Source: an uncultured Nitrospirota bacterium
GTDB taxonomy: Bacteria > Nitrospirota > Thermodesulfovibrionia > Thermodesulfovibrionales > CALJEL01
Reading direction: 5' to 3'
Length of the DNA: 42,035 nucleotides
Assembly: GCA_947085365.1 (NCBI GenBank)
Contig: CAMTWD010000028.1
Location: 1 to 42,035 of the forward strand
The position numbers were made by a program, and so were the translations under genes. The notes beneath the pieces are model-generated. The model saw only the letters and a list, made by a program, of their open reading frames with translations, ran no database searches and was not told the DNA's origin. This document shows, piece by piece, positions 20,011 to 29,395 of this stretch (the first letter of the stretch is position 1; each line of letters begins with the position of its first letter).

Positions 20011-21969
20011 ATGAAGATCCAACTCCTCAGTGGAGAGGCCATAAGCGTATCTGCTCATGAGACGATCCTTGAGGCCTTTAAAAGGGCTGAATACTATCTC
20101 GTTGCCTCTTGCGGAGGGAAAGGCACCTGCGGAAAATGCAGGGTGAGGATCCTCGATGGTAAATTCCAGACAAGGGGTTATGGAAAACTCACCACTGAGG
20201 AGAGGAAAAGGGGATTCGTCCTGGCCTGTCAGACTATACCCCTCAGTGATCTCATCGTGGAGGTGCCTGAGGACTCAAAACTCACTGTGGGAGACAAGAT
20301 TGCCATCTCCAAGGGAAAGGATCTCCTCGAACTTCTCCAATCCTTACTTAGTGGCGAAGTAACAGTTGGTAATGAACTCTCACCCCTTGTAAGATATCTG
20401 GACTTAAACCTGCCACCACCAACCCTCACAGACAACATTGGAGACCTTGAGAGGTTGAAGAGGGCCTTAATGGAGAAGGGACTTCGTACCATTAGATTCT
20501 CCCACCAGTTTATTAAAGAGATGTCCGGAGCCTTAAGAAAGAACAACTGGAATGTAAGGGTCTACTATACTGATTGCCTTGGATGTACTGAGGGTGTTAC
20601 TTCTACTGTTACTTCGCCACTAAGTTCTGGTGGCGAGGATCTTGAAACAATCTTTATTTCAGGGCAGAGGGATCAACAAAGATATGGAATTGCTGTTGAT
20701 ATAGGCACAACAACAGTTGTTGTTTATCTTGTCAATCTTGAGGATGGAAGGATTATTGATATGGGCTCAACCTATAACTCCCAGATAAGGTATGGCGATG
20801 ATGTCATTACAAGGATTATATATGCCACTGAAAAGAATGGACTGGATGAATTGAGAAGGGCGGTTGTGGAGGACATCAATACCATCGTATCCTCGATAGC
20901 AGAAAGGCAATCAGTGAATCCAGAGGATATAATAGCAGCAACTATTGCTGGCAATACCACCATGAGTCATATCTTCTGGGGTCTTGATCCAGCCTCTATA
21001 AGGGAGGAACCTTATATACCTCCCGTGAATTCCTTTCCTATCTGGAGGGCCGGTACTGCTGGTCTCAAGATAAACAGTCAGGCACCTGTTTATACACTCC
21101 CCTGCGTGGCAAGTTATGTGGGAGGAGATATCGTTGCAGGAGTCCTTGCCTCCAAGATGCACAGGCAGAAAGAGATCTCCCTCTTCATGGATATAGGAAC
21201 AAATGGTGAGATTGTTGTGGGAAACAATGAATGGCTCATGACAGCTGCCTGCTCAGCTGGTCCATGCTTTGAAGGAAGTGGAATAAAATCAGGGATGAGG
21301 GCAACAAAGGGGGCAATCGAGCAGATAAGAATAAACCCTGAAACACTTGAACCAGAATTCTCTGTCATAGGAAATACGAGACCCATTGGCATATGTGGCT
21401 CCGGCATGATAGATGCCATATCAGAGATGTTCCTTCATGGAATCATTGACCAGAAGGGCAGGTTTATTAAAGAAAGAAGTCCAAGGATAAGAGAGGGGGA
21501 GGAAGGGCCTGAGTATCTCTTTTATGAAGATGGTATCCGGGTCGTCCTCACAGAACCTGACATAGAGAATATACTGAGGGCAAAGGCGGCAATCTATGCA
21601 GGGGTTTCCCTGCTCCTTAAGGAGGTGGGGCTTGACCTATCTGCAATTGAAAGGGTATATATTGCTGGAGGTTTTGGAAATTATTTAAATCCTTCAAAGG
21701 CCATCCTTCTGGGGATGTTACCTGATATGCCTGAGGAGAGATTCCAATTTCTCGGCAATACATCAGTGGCAGGGGCATATCTCTGTCTCCTTTCTGAGAA
21801 GATGCGTAGGGAGGCTGAAGAGATCTGCCAGAAGATGACCTATGTGGAACTTTCTGTATCAAGAGGCTTTATGGATGAATATCTATCAGCATTATTTCTA
21901 CCCCACACAGAGATAGAGAGATTTCCATCTGTAAAAGAAAAGGTCTTAATGAAAGGATTTAGGAGGTAA
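20011..21969 (+). CDS. ASKHA-domain reductive activator of corrinoid proteins (RACo/DUF4445) with N-terminal [2Fe-2S] domain
   Basis: [10 protein letters not shown]...LACQ, DIGTTT, YVGGD, DIGTNGE, AGPCFEG, GICGSG, AGGFG. Confidence 0.9.
   Translation: MKIQLLSGEAISVSAHETILEAFKRAEYYLVASCGGKGTCGKCRVRILDGKFQTRGYGKLTTEERKRGFVLACQTIPLSDLIVEVPEDSKLTVGDKIAISKGKDLLELLQSLLSGEVTVGNELSPLVRYLDLNLPPPTLTDNIGDLERLKRALMEKGLRTIRFSHQFIKEMSGALRKNNWNVRVYYTDCLGCTEGVTSTVTSPLSSGGEDLETIFISGQRDQQRYGIAVDIGTTTVVVYLVNLEDGRIIDMGSTYNSQIRYGDDVITRIIYATEKNGLDELRRAVVEDINTIVSSIAERQSVNPEDIIAATIAGNTTMSHIFWGLDPASIREEPYIPPVNSFPIWRAGTAGLKINSQAPVYTLPCVASYVGGDIVAGVLASKMHRQKEISLFMDIGTNGEIVVGNNEWLMTAACSAGPCFEGSGIKSGMRATKGAIEQIRINPETLEPEFSVIGNTRPIGICGSGMIDAISEMFLHGIIDQKGRFIKERSPRIREGEEGPEYLFYEDGIRVVLTEPDIENILRAKAAIYAGVSLLLKEVGLDLSAIERVYIAGGFGNYLNPSKAILLGMLPDMPEERFQFLGNTSVAGAYLCLLSEKMRREAEEICQKMTYVELSVSRGFMDEYLSALFLPHTEIERFPSVKEKVLMKGFRR
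20350..20366 (+). repeat. Repeat in frame in RACo (SGEVTV)
   Basis: AGTGGCGAAGTAACAGT. Confidence 0.9.
20595..20638. repeat. Partial, full and inverted-partial repeat cluster in RACo ([14 protein letters not shown])
   Basis: TGTTACTTC T ACTGTTACTTCGCCACT ... GGTGGCGAGG. Confidence 0.88.
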
Positions 21970-21988
21970 CCAGTGGGGAGGTAACAGT
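21962..21988 (+). repeat. Repeat(s) at the RACo-hisI junction
   Basis: GGAGGTAAC C AGTGGGGAGGTAACAGT. Confidence 0.8.
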
Positions 21989-22328
21989 GATGTTTGAAGG
22001 ATTAAAGTTTGATGAAAAGGGGCTCATACCTGCTATAATCCAGGATGTAAATACAGGAGAGGTTCTCATGATGGCCTATATGAATGAGAATTCTCTCAGG
22101 ATGACGATCGAGACAGGCTATACTCACTTCTGGTCGAGATCAAGACAGAAATACTGGAAAAAGGGAGAGACCTCAGGAAATCTTCAGGAGGTGAAAGAGA
22201 TCCTCATTGACTGCGATGCCGACACACTCCTTATAAAGGTAATTCAACACGGTAGCGGAGCCTGTCATACAGGAGAAAGGACCTGTTTTTACAGGGACAT
22301 TGAAGGAAGACCTGTAAAAAGGGAATAA
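21987..22328 (+). CDS. hisI: Phosphoribosyl-AMP cyclohydrolase (start 21987 GTG or 21990 ATG)
   Basis: [27 protein letters not shown]. Confidence 0.95.
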   Translation: MMFEGLKFDEKGLIPAIIQDVNTGEVLMMAYMNENSLRMTIETGYTHFWSRSRQKYWKKGETSGNLQEVKEILIDCDADTLLIKVIQHGSGACHTGERTCFYRDIEGRPVKRE

Positions 22329-22351
22329 AATTATATGGTGAGGTAAGAATC

Positions 22352-22693
22352 ATGGACTGCATCTTTTGTAAGATAGCAGAAAAGAAGATACCTTCAAGGA
22401 TAATTTATGAGGATGATACAAGCCTTGCCTTTGAGGACATAAATCCTCAGGCACCTGTGCATATCCTTGTAATTCCCAAAAGACATATATCCACCGTCCT
22501 TGAGCTGAGGGAAGAGGATAGGGAACTCATAGGCCATCTATTTCTCGTGGCAAAGAAGATCAGTTATGAAAAGGGAATAGCTGAGAAGGGTTTCAGGCTT
22601 GTAATAAACTGCAATAAGGAAGGCGGTCAAACAATCTTCCACCTTCATCTTCATCTGCTCGGTGGAAGGTCAATGCACTGGCCTCCCGGATAA
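22352..22693 (+). CDS. hinT: Histidine triad nucleotide-binding protein
   Basis: DCIFCKI, DINPQAPVH, HLHLHLLGGR..WPPG. Confidence 0.93.
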   Translation: MDCIFCKIAEKKIPSRIIYEDDTSLAFEDINPQAPVHILVIPKRHISTVLELREEDRELIGHLFLVAKKISYEKGIAEKGFRLVINCNKEGGQTIFHLHLHLLGGRSMHWPPG

Positions 22694-22702
22694 TTTAAAA
22701 AT

Positions 22703-22732
22703 AAAAGGGGCGAAATAGCTTCGCCCCTTTTT
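22703..22732. terminator. Bidirectional rho-independent terminator
   Basis: AAAAGGGGCGAA-atagc-TTCGCCCCTTTTT between convergent genes. Confidence 0.85.
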
Positions 22733-22737
22733 AAGGA

Positions 22738-23106
22738 CTATCTCTTTGCTGGAGCTGCGGGAGCCCCCTTGGGTGTTACATTAATTGATGTGGCCACATT
22801 CTTGTCCTGATCCTTCTTATACCTGGCTGTAGCAGTATCACCTACCTTCACATCTGCGAGGGACTTCCTCTCTTTGTTAATCATCACCTTTGTCTTATCG
22901 GTTACTGAGAGCTCCACCTCCTGCCTCTTTGACTTGATGATGATACTATTTGCAGCAGGATCAACGGCTGTAACCTCACCCTTTACTGTAGAGTATTTTG
23001 TAGGAGCCTTCTTAGGAGCTTCGGGTTTTGCTGCCTCCTCTGCAAAGGCCATACCCACAGTAAGGGCAAAGATCACCACTGCCATTAAGGCTATAACCCT
23101 CTTCAC
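22738..23106 (-). CDS. Exported hypothetical protein, OB-fold-like
   Basis: Signal peptide ending AFA; KGEVTAVD...LADVKVGD pattern. Confidence 0.75.
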   Translation of the reverse strand: MKRVIALMAVVIFALTVGMAFAEEAAKPEAPKKAPTKYSTVKGEVTAVDPAANSIIIKSKRQEVELSVTDKTKVMINKERKSLADVKVGDTATARYKKDQDKNVATSINVTPKGAPAAPAKR

Positions 23107-23201
23107 AATTAATCACCTTCTTTCCTCTTGGATTTCAATCTTTATTATACTGTAAATTCCCAAGGACTTTTATGTCCCTGCCAGTGGGATTTAATCCCTT
23201 T

Positions 23202-23867
23202 TCAGGAAAGGCCTTCCCTTTTGAGGAAGTCTGGATTCTTCTCGATCTTCATGTACCTCTTTAATCCCTCTATATAGGACCTGAGGAGCCTGTCCTTTTC
23301 ATCAAAGAGTATAGCCTCCCTCAGCGCCCTTGCAATCTCATTATCCCCAGAGATGGAGAGAGAAGGTCCTTCCATCTCAGCAGCTCCCTCAATAATCCTC
23401 CTCAGTTTCGCAATCCTCAAAGACCTCCTAAGGGATTCCTCATACATCTCAGGTGTAAGTCTGTTCTGTCTTAATGTCCATAGATAGAGGTCTCTGTTGA
23501 AGACACCATTTCTCATGAAAAGAGGGTTATTAACAATGGCATCCTCCACCTCTCTGTCACTCACCTTTATATCAAATTCATCAGCCATCTTCCAGAGGAT
23601 CCTCTCGTTTATAAGGGCCTCAAGGGCCTCCTCTTTAAGTCTCTTTTCCATTGCCTCATCTATCTCTGTTCTTTCAGAATAATATCTCCTCAGGTTATCA
23701 TAGACCCTCCAGTATTCTTCTGCATAGATCTTATCGCCATTTATCCTGGCAACAACAAGGCTCTGGGATTCATTTAAAGGTCCAACATCATAGAAGAGGA
23801 AGGAGAGGATGATTATAAAAAAGAAAAAATAGAAGAACTTGGCATGTCTTCTCATAAACTTTAACAT
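23202..23867 (-). CDS. SurA/PpiD N-terminal domain protein
   Basis: MLKFMRR plus TM segment, VARINGDKI, VSDREV...P.F..NG.F; no PPIase domain. Confidence 0.8.
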   Translation of the reverse strand: MLKFMRRHAKFFYFFFFIIILSFLFYDVGPLNESQSLVVARINGDKIYAEEYWRVYDNLRRYYSERTEIDEAMEKRLKEEALEALINERILWKMADEFDIKVSDREVEDAIVNNPLFMRNGVFNRDLYLWTLRQNRLTPEMYEESLRRSLRIAKLRRIIEGAAEMEGPSLSISGDNEIARALREAILFDEKDRLLRSYIEGLKRYMKIEKNPDFLKREGLS

Positions 23868-23884
23868 CCTTTAACCCCCTGAGA

Positions 23885-24277
23885 TTAATATCTACCGGTA
23901 AAATAATCCTTCAGTATATCCCTGTGGTCAAATACGATGGGTTCTGGAAGATCCTCCTCAGTAAAGACCCCAGCATCCTCTGCATCATCACCAGGTTTCA
24001 GCTCACCGTAACCCTTTGCAATAAATACTGTTGATATGGTATGTCTTCTGGGATCCCTTGAAGGATCAGAATAGGTGTGAAACTGCCTTACAAGCTCCAC
24101 ATCAAGGTTCGTCTCTTCCTTTGCCTCTCTTATAGCTGCATCCTCAAGGCTCTCTCCGTAGTCTACAAACCCACCCGGGAGGGCCCATCCCCTTGGCTCG
24201 TTCTTCCTCTTTATAAGGACTATACCATTCCTGTACTGGATTATAATATCCACTGTTGGAATGGGATTTTTATGCAT
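23885..24277 (-). CDS. NUDIX hydrolase (ADP-ribose pyrophosphatase-like)
   Basis: [35 protein letters not shown]. Confidence 0.92.
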   Translation of the reverse strand: MHKNPIPTVDIIIQYRNGIVLIKRKNEPRGWALPGGFVDYGESLEDAAIREAKEETNLDVELVRQFHTYSDPSRDPRRHTISTVFIAKGYGELKPGDDAEDAGVFTEEDLPEPIVFDHRDILKDYFTGRY

Positions 24278-24281
24278 TCTG

Positions 24282-24521
24282 TCACCTTTCCACTTCTTCT
24301 GCCTGAACTGTTAAATCCATCTCTCTTTCTGGAACAATTGTGGATATGGCATGTTTGTAAACCATCATGGTGTTTGACTCTTTAATAATTATCACAAAGT
24401 TATCAAACCCTTTTATTATTCCCTTCAATCTAACACCATTAGTGAGAAAGACCGTGACAGGCACCTTTTCCTTTCTCAATTGATTCAGATAAAGCTCCTG
24501 ATAGTTCTGTGTCTTTGACAT
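24282..24521 (-). CDS. hfq: RNA chaperone Hfq
   Basis: [22 protein letters not shown]. Confidence 0.96.
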   Translation of the reverse strand: MSKTQNYQELYLNQLRKEKVPVTVFLTNGVRLKGIIKGFDNFVIIIKESNTMMVYKHAISTIVPEREMDLTVQAEEVER

Positions 24522-24559
24522 ATCTCACCTCATTGAAAATAATTTTATAGACCTCACCA

Positions 24560-24576
24560 ACTGTTACTTCGCCACC
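24560..24576 (-). repeat. Repeat between mqnB and hfq
   Basis: ACTGTTACTTCGCCACC. Confidence 0.9.
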
Positions 24577-24583
24577 CCAAAGA

Positions 24584-25309
24584 TTATACCATAGCCTTTT
24601 TCAGATATTCTATAAGTTCAATAAGGACCTCCTGAGAATTTCCGGAGGCGAGTCCTATATCCCACCTCTCTTTATTGCGATCTCCTGCTATATTGCTTAT
24701 GCCCCTCAGCTCTATGAATTCAATGCCATAAACAAGGGCCACATGCCCCACTGCTGCCCCCTCCATATTCTCACATATGGCAGAATATCTTCCCTCATAA
24801 ATATCAGCCTGCTCAGGTGAGCCCGAGACTGAAGAGAGCGTAACAAAATTCCCTGTCCTGAAATTCAATCCCCTTTTATAGGCGATCTCAGAGATCTTTT
24901 CCACATATCTTTCCGAAACAGGTATCTCATTGAATATCTCAAGACCGGCCCTTTTAAAAAGAGGGAGTCCCAGTATCCTCATATCCTTGAAATCCTGAGG
25001 AGTCCCTGCGCCAGTATCACCGTAGAATTCCCTTCTGGCAATTGCCAGATCACCTATCCTGAGACCAGAGTTCCGATAGGCTCCACCTATCCCTATGGAT
25101 ACAAGAACCCGAGGAGAAAACCTTTCGGCAATGAGGGTTGCAGAAAGGGCAGCATTAACCATTCCAGGACCTGAAAGAGAGAATACACATCCCCCCTTAA
25201 TCACTGGGACAAAGGGTTCAAGGGGCCCAAGATGGAGATATTCAGAAACCCTCTTCAATTCAAAATCCACTGAGGCTATTATGCCTATAGTGGCGAGGTA
25301 ACAGTTCAC
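24584..25309 (-). CDS. mqnB: Futalosine hydrolase (nucleosidase family)
   Basis: G.GMVNAA, GIGGAY..SGL..GD, ENMEGAAV, ELRGISN..GDR...W. Confidence 0.85.
   Translation of the reverse strand: MNCYLATIGIIASVDFELKRVSEYLHLGPLEPFVPVIKGGCVFSLSGPGMVNAALSATLIAERFSPRVLVSIGIGGAYRNSGLRIGDLAIARREFYGDTGAGTPQDFKDMRILGLPLFKRAGLEIFNEIPVSERYVEKISEIAYKRGLNFRTGNFVTLSSVSGSPEQADIYEGRYSAICENMEGAAVGHVALVYGIEFIELRGISNIAGDRNKERWDIGLASGNSQEVLIELIEYLKKAMV
25289..25305 (+). repeat. Repeat at the mqnB N-terminus (NCYLAT frame)
   Basis: AGTGGCGAGGTAACAGT. Confidence 0.9.
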
Positions 25310-25318
25310 AGCAACCCT

Positions 25319-26353
25319 TCAAAAGATGGTCCAGCCCTGTGGAAGGAATATCCTCTCATAGGTGGAAAGGGCAAATCTATCAGTCATTCCTGCTATAAAA
25401 TCACAGACAATCCTGTGCCTTTCTGTCTTCTTTTCAGGAGGTGTGCCCTTAGTAATCTCTTCAAGATGCTCAAGATAGTAGTTATAGAGCTCCTCTATAA
25501 TCTTTTTTGTCTTTCTGAATTCTATCATGATAGCTTCACTCTCATAGACCCTCTCAAAAAGGAAGTCCCTCAACCTGTAAATAGCCTCCGAAACACCCTC
25601 GCTCATCCTTATCTCGCTCAGATCACATTTCAATGTTGTCATTATCACATCCTTCACTGCTGTATCTATCCTCTTTGAATGGGTCTCTCCAAGGACCTTC
25701 AGGACGAGGGAGGGTATATCTGACTTCTTCACAACACCTGCTCTTAAGGCATCATCAAGGTCGTGATTCACATAGGCAATTATATCAGCAATCCTTACTA
25801 TCTGGCCCTCCAGGGTTATTGCCCTGTCTTTTGGAGATTCAGGCACTATACTGCCTTTGCCTTTTGAATGTTTTAGTATCCCATCTCTTACCTCAAAGGT
25901 AAGATTCAATCCCTTACCATCCTTTTCTAAGTGATCCACCACCCTCAGGCTCTGCACATAATGATCAAATCCTCCAGGATGGATCTCCCTCAATGCCGCC
26001 TCTCCTGCGTGCCCGAAGGGTGTATGTCCTAAGTCATGACCAAGGGCAATCGCCTCTGTAAGGTCTTCATTCAGCCTCAGTGCCCTTGCTATCGTCCTTG
26101 CTATCTGAGAGACCTCGAGGACATGGGTCAACCTTGTCCTGTAGTGATCGCCTTTTGGTGCAAGAAAGACCTGTGTCTTGTGCTTGAGTCTGCGGAAGGC
26201 CTTACTGTGAATTATCCGATCCCTGTCCCGCTGAAAGGCTGTTCTTATATCGTCTTCTGGCTCAGGCTGCATCCTCCCCCTCGACTGGGAACTGAGGCAC
26301 GCCCTCGGATGGAGGGTCTTTCTTTCTATCTCCTCAATAGCCTGTCTAATCAT
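25319..26353 (-). CDS. dgt: Deoxyguanosinetriphosphate triphosphohydrolase
   Basis: [35 protein letters not shown]; likely ATG at 26353, since the upstream extension is repeat-derived. Confidence 0.92.
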   Translation of the reverse strand: MIRQAIEEIERKTLHPRACLSSQSRGRMQPEPEDDIRTAFQRDRDRIIHSKAFRRLKHKTQVFLAPKGDHYRTRLTHVLEVSQIARTIARALRLNEDLTEAIALGHDLGHTPFGHAGEAALREIHPGGFDHYVQSLRVVDHLEKDGKGLNLTFEVRDGILKHSKGKGSIVPESPKDRAITLEGQIVRIADIIAYVNHDLDDALRAGVVKKSDIPSLVLKVLGETHSKRIDTAVKDVIMTTLKCDLSEIRMSEGVSEAIYRLRDFLFERVYESEAIMIEFRKTKKIIEELYNYYLEHLEEITKGTPPEKKTERHRIVCDFIAGMTDRFALSTYERIFLPQGWTIF

Positions 26354-26374
26354 AACAGAGGCAGGACAACCTTT

Positions 26375-26428
26375 TGTGGCGAAGTAACAGTTGGTGGCGA
26401 AGTAACAGTTGAAACTCACCTCGCCACT
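26375..26428 (+). repeat. Tandem pair plus inverted partial copy between nuoN and dgt
   Basis: Copies at 26375 and 26393; ACCTCGCCACT at 26418. Confidence 0.9.
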
Positions 26429-26449
26429 AAAAGATTCCGTGCTGATATT

Positions 26450-27895
26450 TTATAAGCTCATGGCTGCCCTTGTAAACTCTATGAAGTAATAGGGTAAGAT
26501 TCCTATAATAAGAACAAGGGATGTGGAGATTGTCACAGCCACTGCCTCTGAAAGACTGGGATGGGCAGAGATTGCCTTAACAGGTTCCTTCATATACATA
26601 AGCATCACAACCCTTAGATAAAAATAGGCAGAGACAGCACTCATTATCACAGCGATTATGGCAAGCCATAGATATCCAGCATTTATAACAGACATGAAGA
26701 GATAGAACTTTCCAACAAATCCTGCTGTGGGAGGAATCCCCGTAAGGGAGAACATAAATATAAGCATAAGGGCAGCCCAGAGGGGTTCTCTCTTTGCAAG
26801 GCCTTCATAATCAGAGAGATCCTCACCAACTATTGGTGGCGAAGTAACAGGAGGTGGCGAAGTAACGGTTGCAAGGATAATAACTATCGCAAAGGCCCCA
26901 ATATTCATAAAAGTATATATGAGGAGATAATTCATCGTGCTTGCAATTCCCTCAGGAGTCCCTGCGATTATACCCAGAAGGGCATAACCTGAATGGGCGA
27001 TAGAGGAATAGGCAAGCATCCTCTTTATATTCCTCTGACTTATAGCAAGGAGATTACCAACAATCATTGTAAGAACAGAAAGGAGAATGAGGATCACCTT
27101 CCAGTTAAAGGCGATAGAACCAAAGGCTACGATAAAGACCCTGGCGATCACAGAAAAACCTGCTGCCTTTGGTCCAACAGACATAAAGGCAGTAATAGGT
27201 GTTGGCGCTCCCTCATACACATCCGGTGACCACATATGAAAGGGCACTGCTGCAATCTTGAAGGCAAAGGCAGAGGCGATCAGGATAAGGGATATAAGTA
27301 AAAGGGGGTCAGTATCTCCCTGAGATATCCTTAATGAGATGTCTTGGAGATTCGTTGTCCCTGTAAAGAGATAAATAAAGGAGATGCCATATAAGAGTAT
27401 GGCTGATGAAAAGGCTCCTAAGAGAAAATATTTAAGGGCTGCCTCATTGGACTTAACCCTGTGCCTTGTAAATCCCGCAAGGACATAAACACTCAGGGCC
27501 ATAAGCTCTGTGCCAAGATAAAGGAGTATAAGGTCATTTGAAGAGGCCATAAAACTCATACCGAGAACTGAAAAGAGCAGGAGGCTATAATATTCACCAT
27601 AATGGGCCTTCTCCATTCCGAGATACCTTATGGATAATAGAATTGTAAGTATGGCACTGACAAAGAAGAGGAGCTTAAAGAAGAGGGAATATCCATCGGA
27701 TACATACATCCTGTTAAAGGCAAAACCTGAATCGGTGTTTACCAGGATGATACCTGTAAAGGCAATTGCCAAGAGGCTTAATAGTGCAATAACCTCCTTT
27801 CTCTTGATAAGCAATTCTGCCATAAGAACAATTATTGCGAAGATGCTCAAGGAGAGTTCAGGCCTTATAAGTGCCAGATCCTTTGAGAAGTCCAT
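26450..27895 (-). CDS. nuoN: NADH-quinone oxidoreductase subunit N
   Basis: EAALKYF, FKIAAVPFHMW.PDVYEGAP, KRMLAYSSIAH. Confidence 0.96.
   Translation of the reverse strand: MDFSKDLALIRPELSLSIFAIIVLMAELLIKRKEVIALLSLLAIAFTGIILVNTDSGFAFNRMYVSDGYSLFFKLLFFVSAILTILLSIRYLGMEKAHYGEYYSLLLFSVLGMSFMASSNDLILLYLGTELMALSVYVLAGFTRHRVKSNEAALKYFLLGAFSSAILLYGISFIYLFTGTTNLQDISLRISQGDTDPLLLISLILIASAFAFKIAAVPFHMWSPDVYEGAPTPITAFMSVGPKAAGFSVIARVFIVAFGSIAFNWKVILILLSVLTMIVGNLLAISQRNIKRMLAYSSIAHSGYALLGIIAGTPEGIASTMNYLLIYTFMNIGAFAIVIILATVTSPPPVTSPPIVGEDLSDYEGLAKREPLWAALMLIFMFSLTGIPPTAGFVGKFYLFMSVINAGYLWLAIIAVIMSAVSAYFYLRVVMLMYMKEPVKAISAHPSLSEAVAVTISTSLVLIIGILPYYFIEFTRAAMSL
26835..26869 (+). repeat. Tandem pair in frame in nuoN (TVTSPPPVTSPP)
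   Basis: GGTGGCGAAGTAACAGG A GGTGGCGAAGTAACGGT. Confidence 0.92.
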
Positions 27896-27925
27896 TTTAC
27901 GACCTCCTTACTGGGACTTTACCAA

Positions 27926-29386
27926 CTACTGAAGTTTTACGAGTAAATCTTTAACACTCTCATGCATAAAACTTAAAAAGGTATTAGGATAGACTCCTAT
28001 CCAGAAGACAAGCACAACAAGGGGCAGAAGGGTAATTATCTCTCTGAGATTCATGTCCTTATAATCTCTGATATTTGGATTAGGTTCCTGGAAGAAGACC
28101 CTCTGGTAAAGCCAGAGCATATAGGCAGCTCCGATTATTATCCCTGTAGCAGCCAGTGCTCCGGCCAGCTTTGATGCCTTGAATCCACCAAGTATAATAA
28201 GAAATTCTCCAATAAATCCATTAAGCCCTGGCAGACCTATTGCTGCCAGTGTAAAGACCATAAAGAATCCAGCATATACAGGAAGGACTGTGGCCAGCCC
28301 TCCATAATGGGAGATCTCCCTTGAATGACTCCTTTCGTATATAATTCCCACCAGCAAAAAGAGGGCCCCTGTAACTATACCGTGATTTACCATCTGGAGG
28401 ATTGCGCCTTCAAGACCCTGCTGATTGAGTGCAAATATCCCGAGGGTGACAAACCCCATATGACTTACAGAACTATAGGCAATAAGCCTCTTCAGGTCTG
28501 ACTGCACAAGACATATAACAGCACCATATATAATAGCTATCACTGAAAGGGCAAGCATCACTGGTGCCATGGCCTTTGTGGCATCAGGGAAAAGCGGTAT
28601 GGAGAATCTCAAGAAGCCGTAGGCACCCATCTTTATAAGTATTCCTGCAAGGATCACACTACCTGCTGTGGGTGCCTCTGTGTGGGCATCAGGAAGCCAT
28701 GTATGAAGTGGCCACATGGGAACCTTTACTGCAAAGGCTGCAAAAAATGCCCAGAAGAGTATCAGCTGGAGTTTATAAGGAAATTCCTTAGTCATGAGTG
28801 TGGGGATGTCAAAGGTGTTTCCACCATTAAAGTAAAGGACGATTATTCCAACAAGCATCAGGACACTTCCCACAAGTGTATAAAGGAAGAATTTAATGGC
28901 GGAATAAATCCTCCTGGGACCTCCCCACACCCCTATTATCAGATACATAGGGATGAGCATTGCCTCCCAGAAGACATAAAAGAGGAAGAAATCAAGGCTT
29001 GAAAAGACCCCGATCATGGCTGCCTCTATGAGAAGGAGGGCTATATAAAATTCTTTAACCTTCTCCTTTATGGAATCCCAGGATATAAGGACACATAGGG
29101 GTCCAATAAGGGCACTCAGGAGGACAAAGAGCACACTTATTCCATCAACACCGAGGTGATACCTTATATTCCATGCAGGGATCCACTCAAAGACCTCCTC
29201 AAATTGCATCCCCTTGTAGGATTTATCAAAGTTAAAGAAGAGGGGAAGGGATAAGAGAAATGTGGCGGTTGTGAAAAGAAGGGAGATCCCCTTTATGGCT
29301 ACCTCCTGTCTCCTGCTTATGAAAAGAAGTATTAATGCACCTATAACAGGAAGAAAGATCACTGTGCTCAAAACAGGGTATCCCAT
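27926..29386 (-). CDS. nuoM: NADH-quinone oxidoreductase subunit M
   Basis: FWEAMLIP, VKVPMWPLHTWLPDAHTEAP. Confidence 0.96.
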   Translation of the reverse strand: MGYPVLSTVIFLPVIGALILLFISRRQEVAIKGISLLFTTATFLLSLPLFFNFDKSYKGMQFEEVFEWIPAWNIRYHLGVDGISVLFVLLSALIGPLCVLISWDSIKEKVKEFYIALLLIEAAMIGVFSSLDFFLFYVFWEAMLIPMYLIIGVWGGPRRIYSAIKFFLYTLVGSVLMLVGIIVLYFNGGNTFDIPTLMTKEFPYKLQLILFWAFFAAFAVKVPMWPLHTWLPDAHTEAPTAGSVILAGILIKMGAYGFLRFSIPLFPDATKAMAPVMLALSVIAIIYGAVICLVQSDLKRLIAYSSVSHMGFVTLGIFALNQQGLEGAILQMVNHGIVTGALFLLVGIIYERSHSREISHYGGLATVLPVYAGFFMVFTLAAIGLPGLNGFIGEFLIILGGFKASKLAGALAATGIIIGAAYMLWLYQRVFFQEPNPNIRDYKDMNLREIITLLPLVVLVFWIGVYPNTFLSFMHESVKDLLVKLQ

Positions 29387-29395
29387 TGCACCTCC

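Noticed and set aside
22967-22981. KGEVTAV in the exported OB-fold protein as a repeat copy
   Set aside because: The DNA match is weak and the peptide fits the native beta-strand.
26354-26419. N-terminal extension of dgt ([15 protein letters not shown])
   Set aside because: It is a translation of intergenic repeats; family similarity begins at the ATG at 26353.
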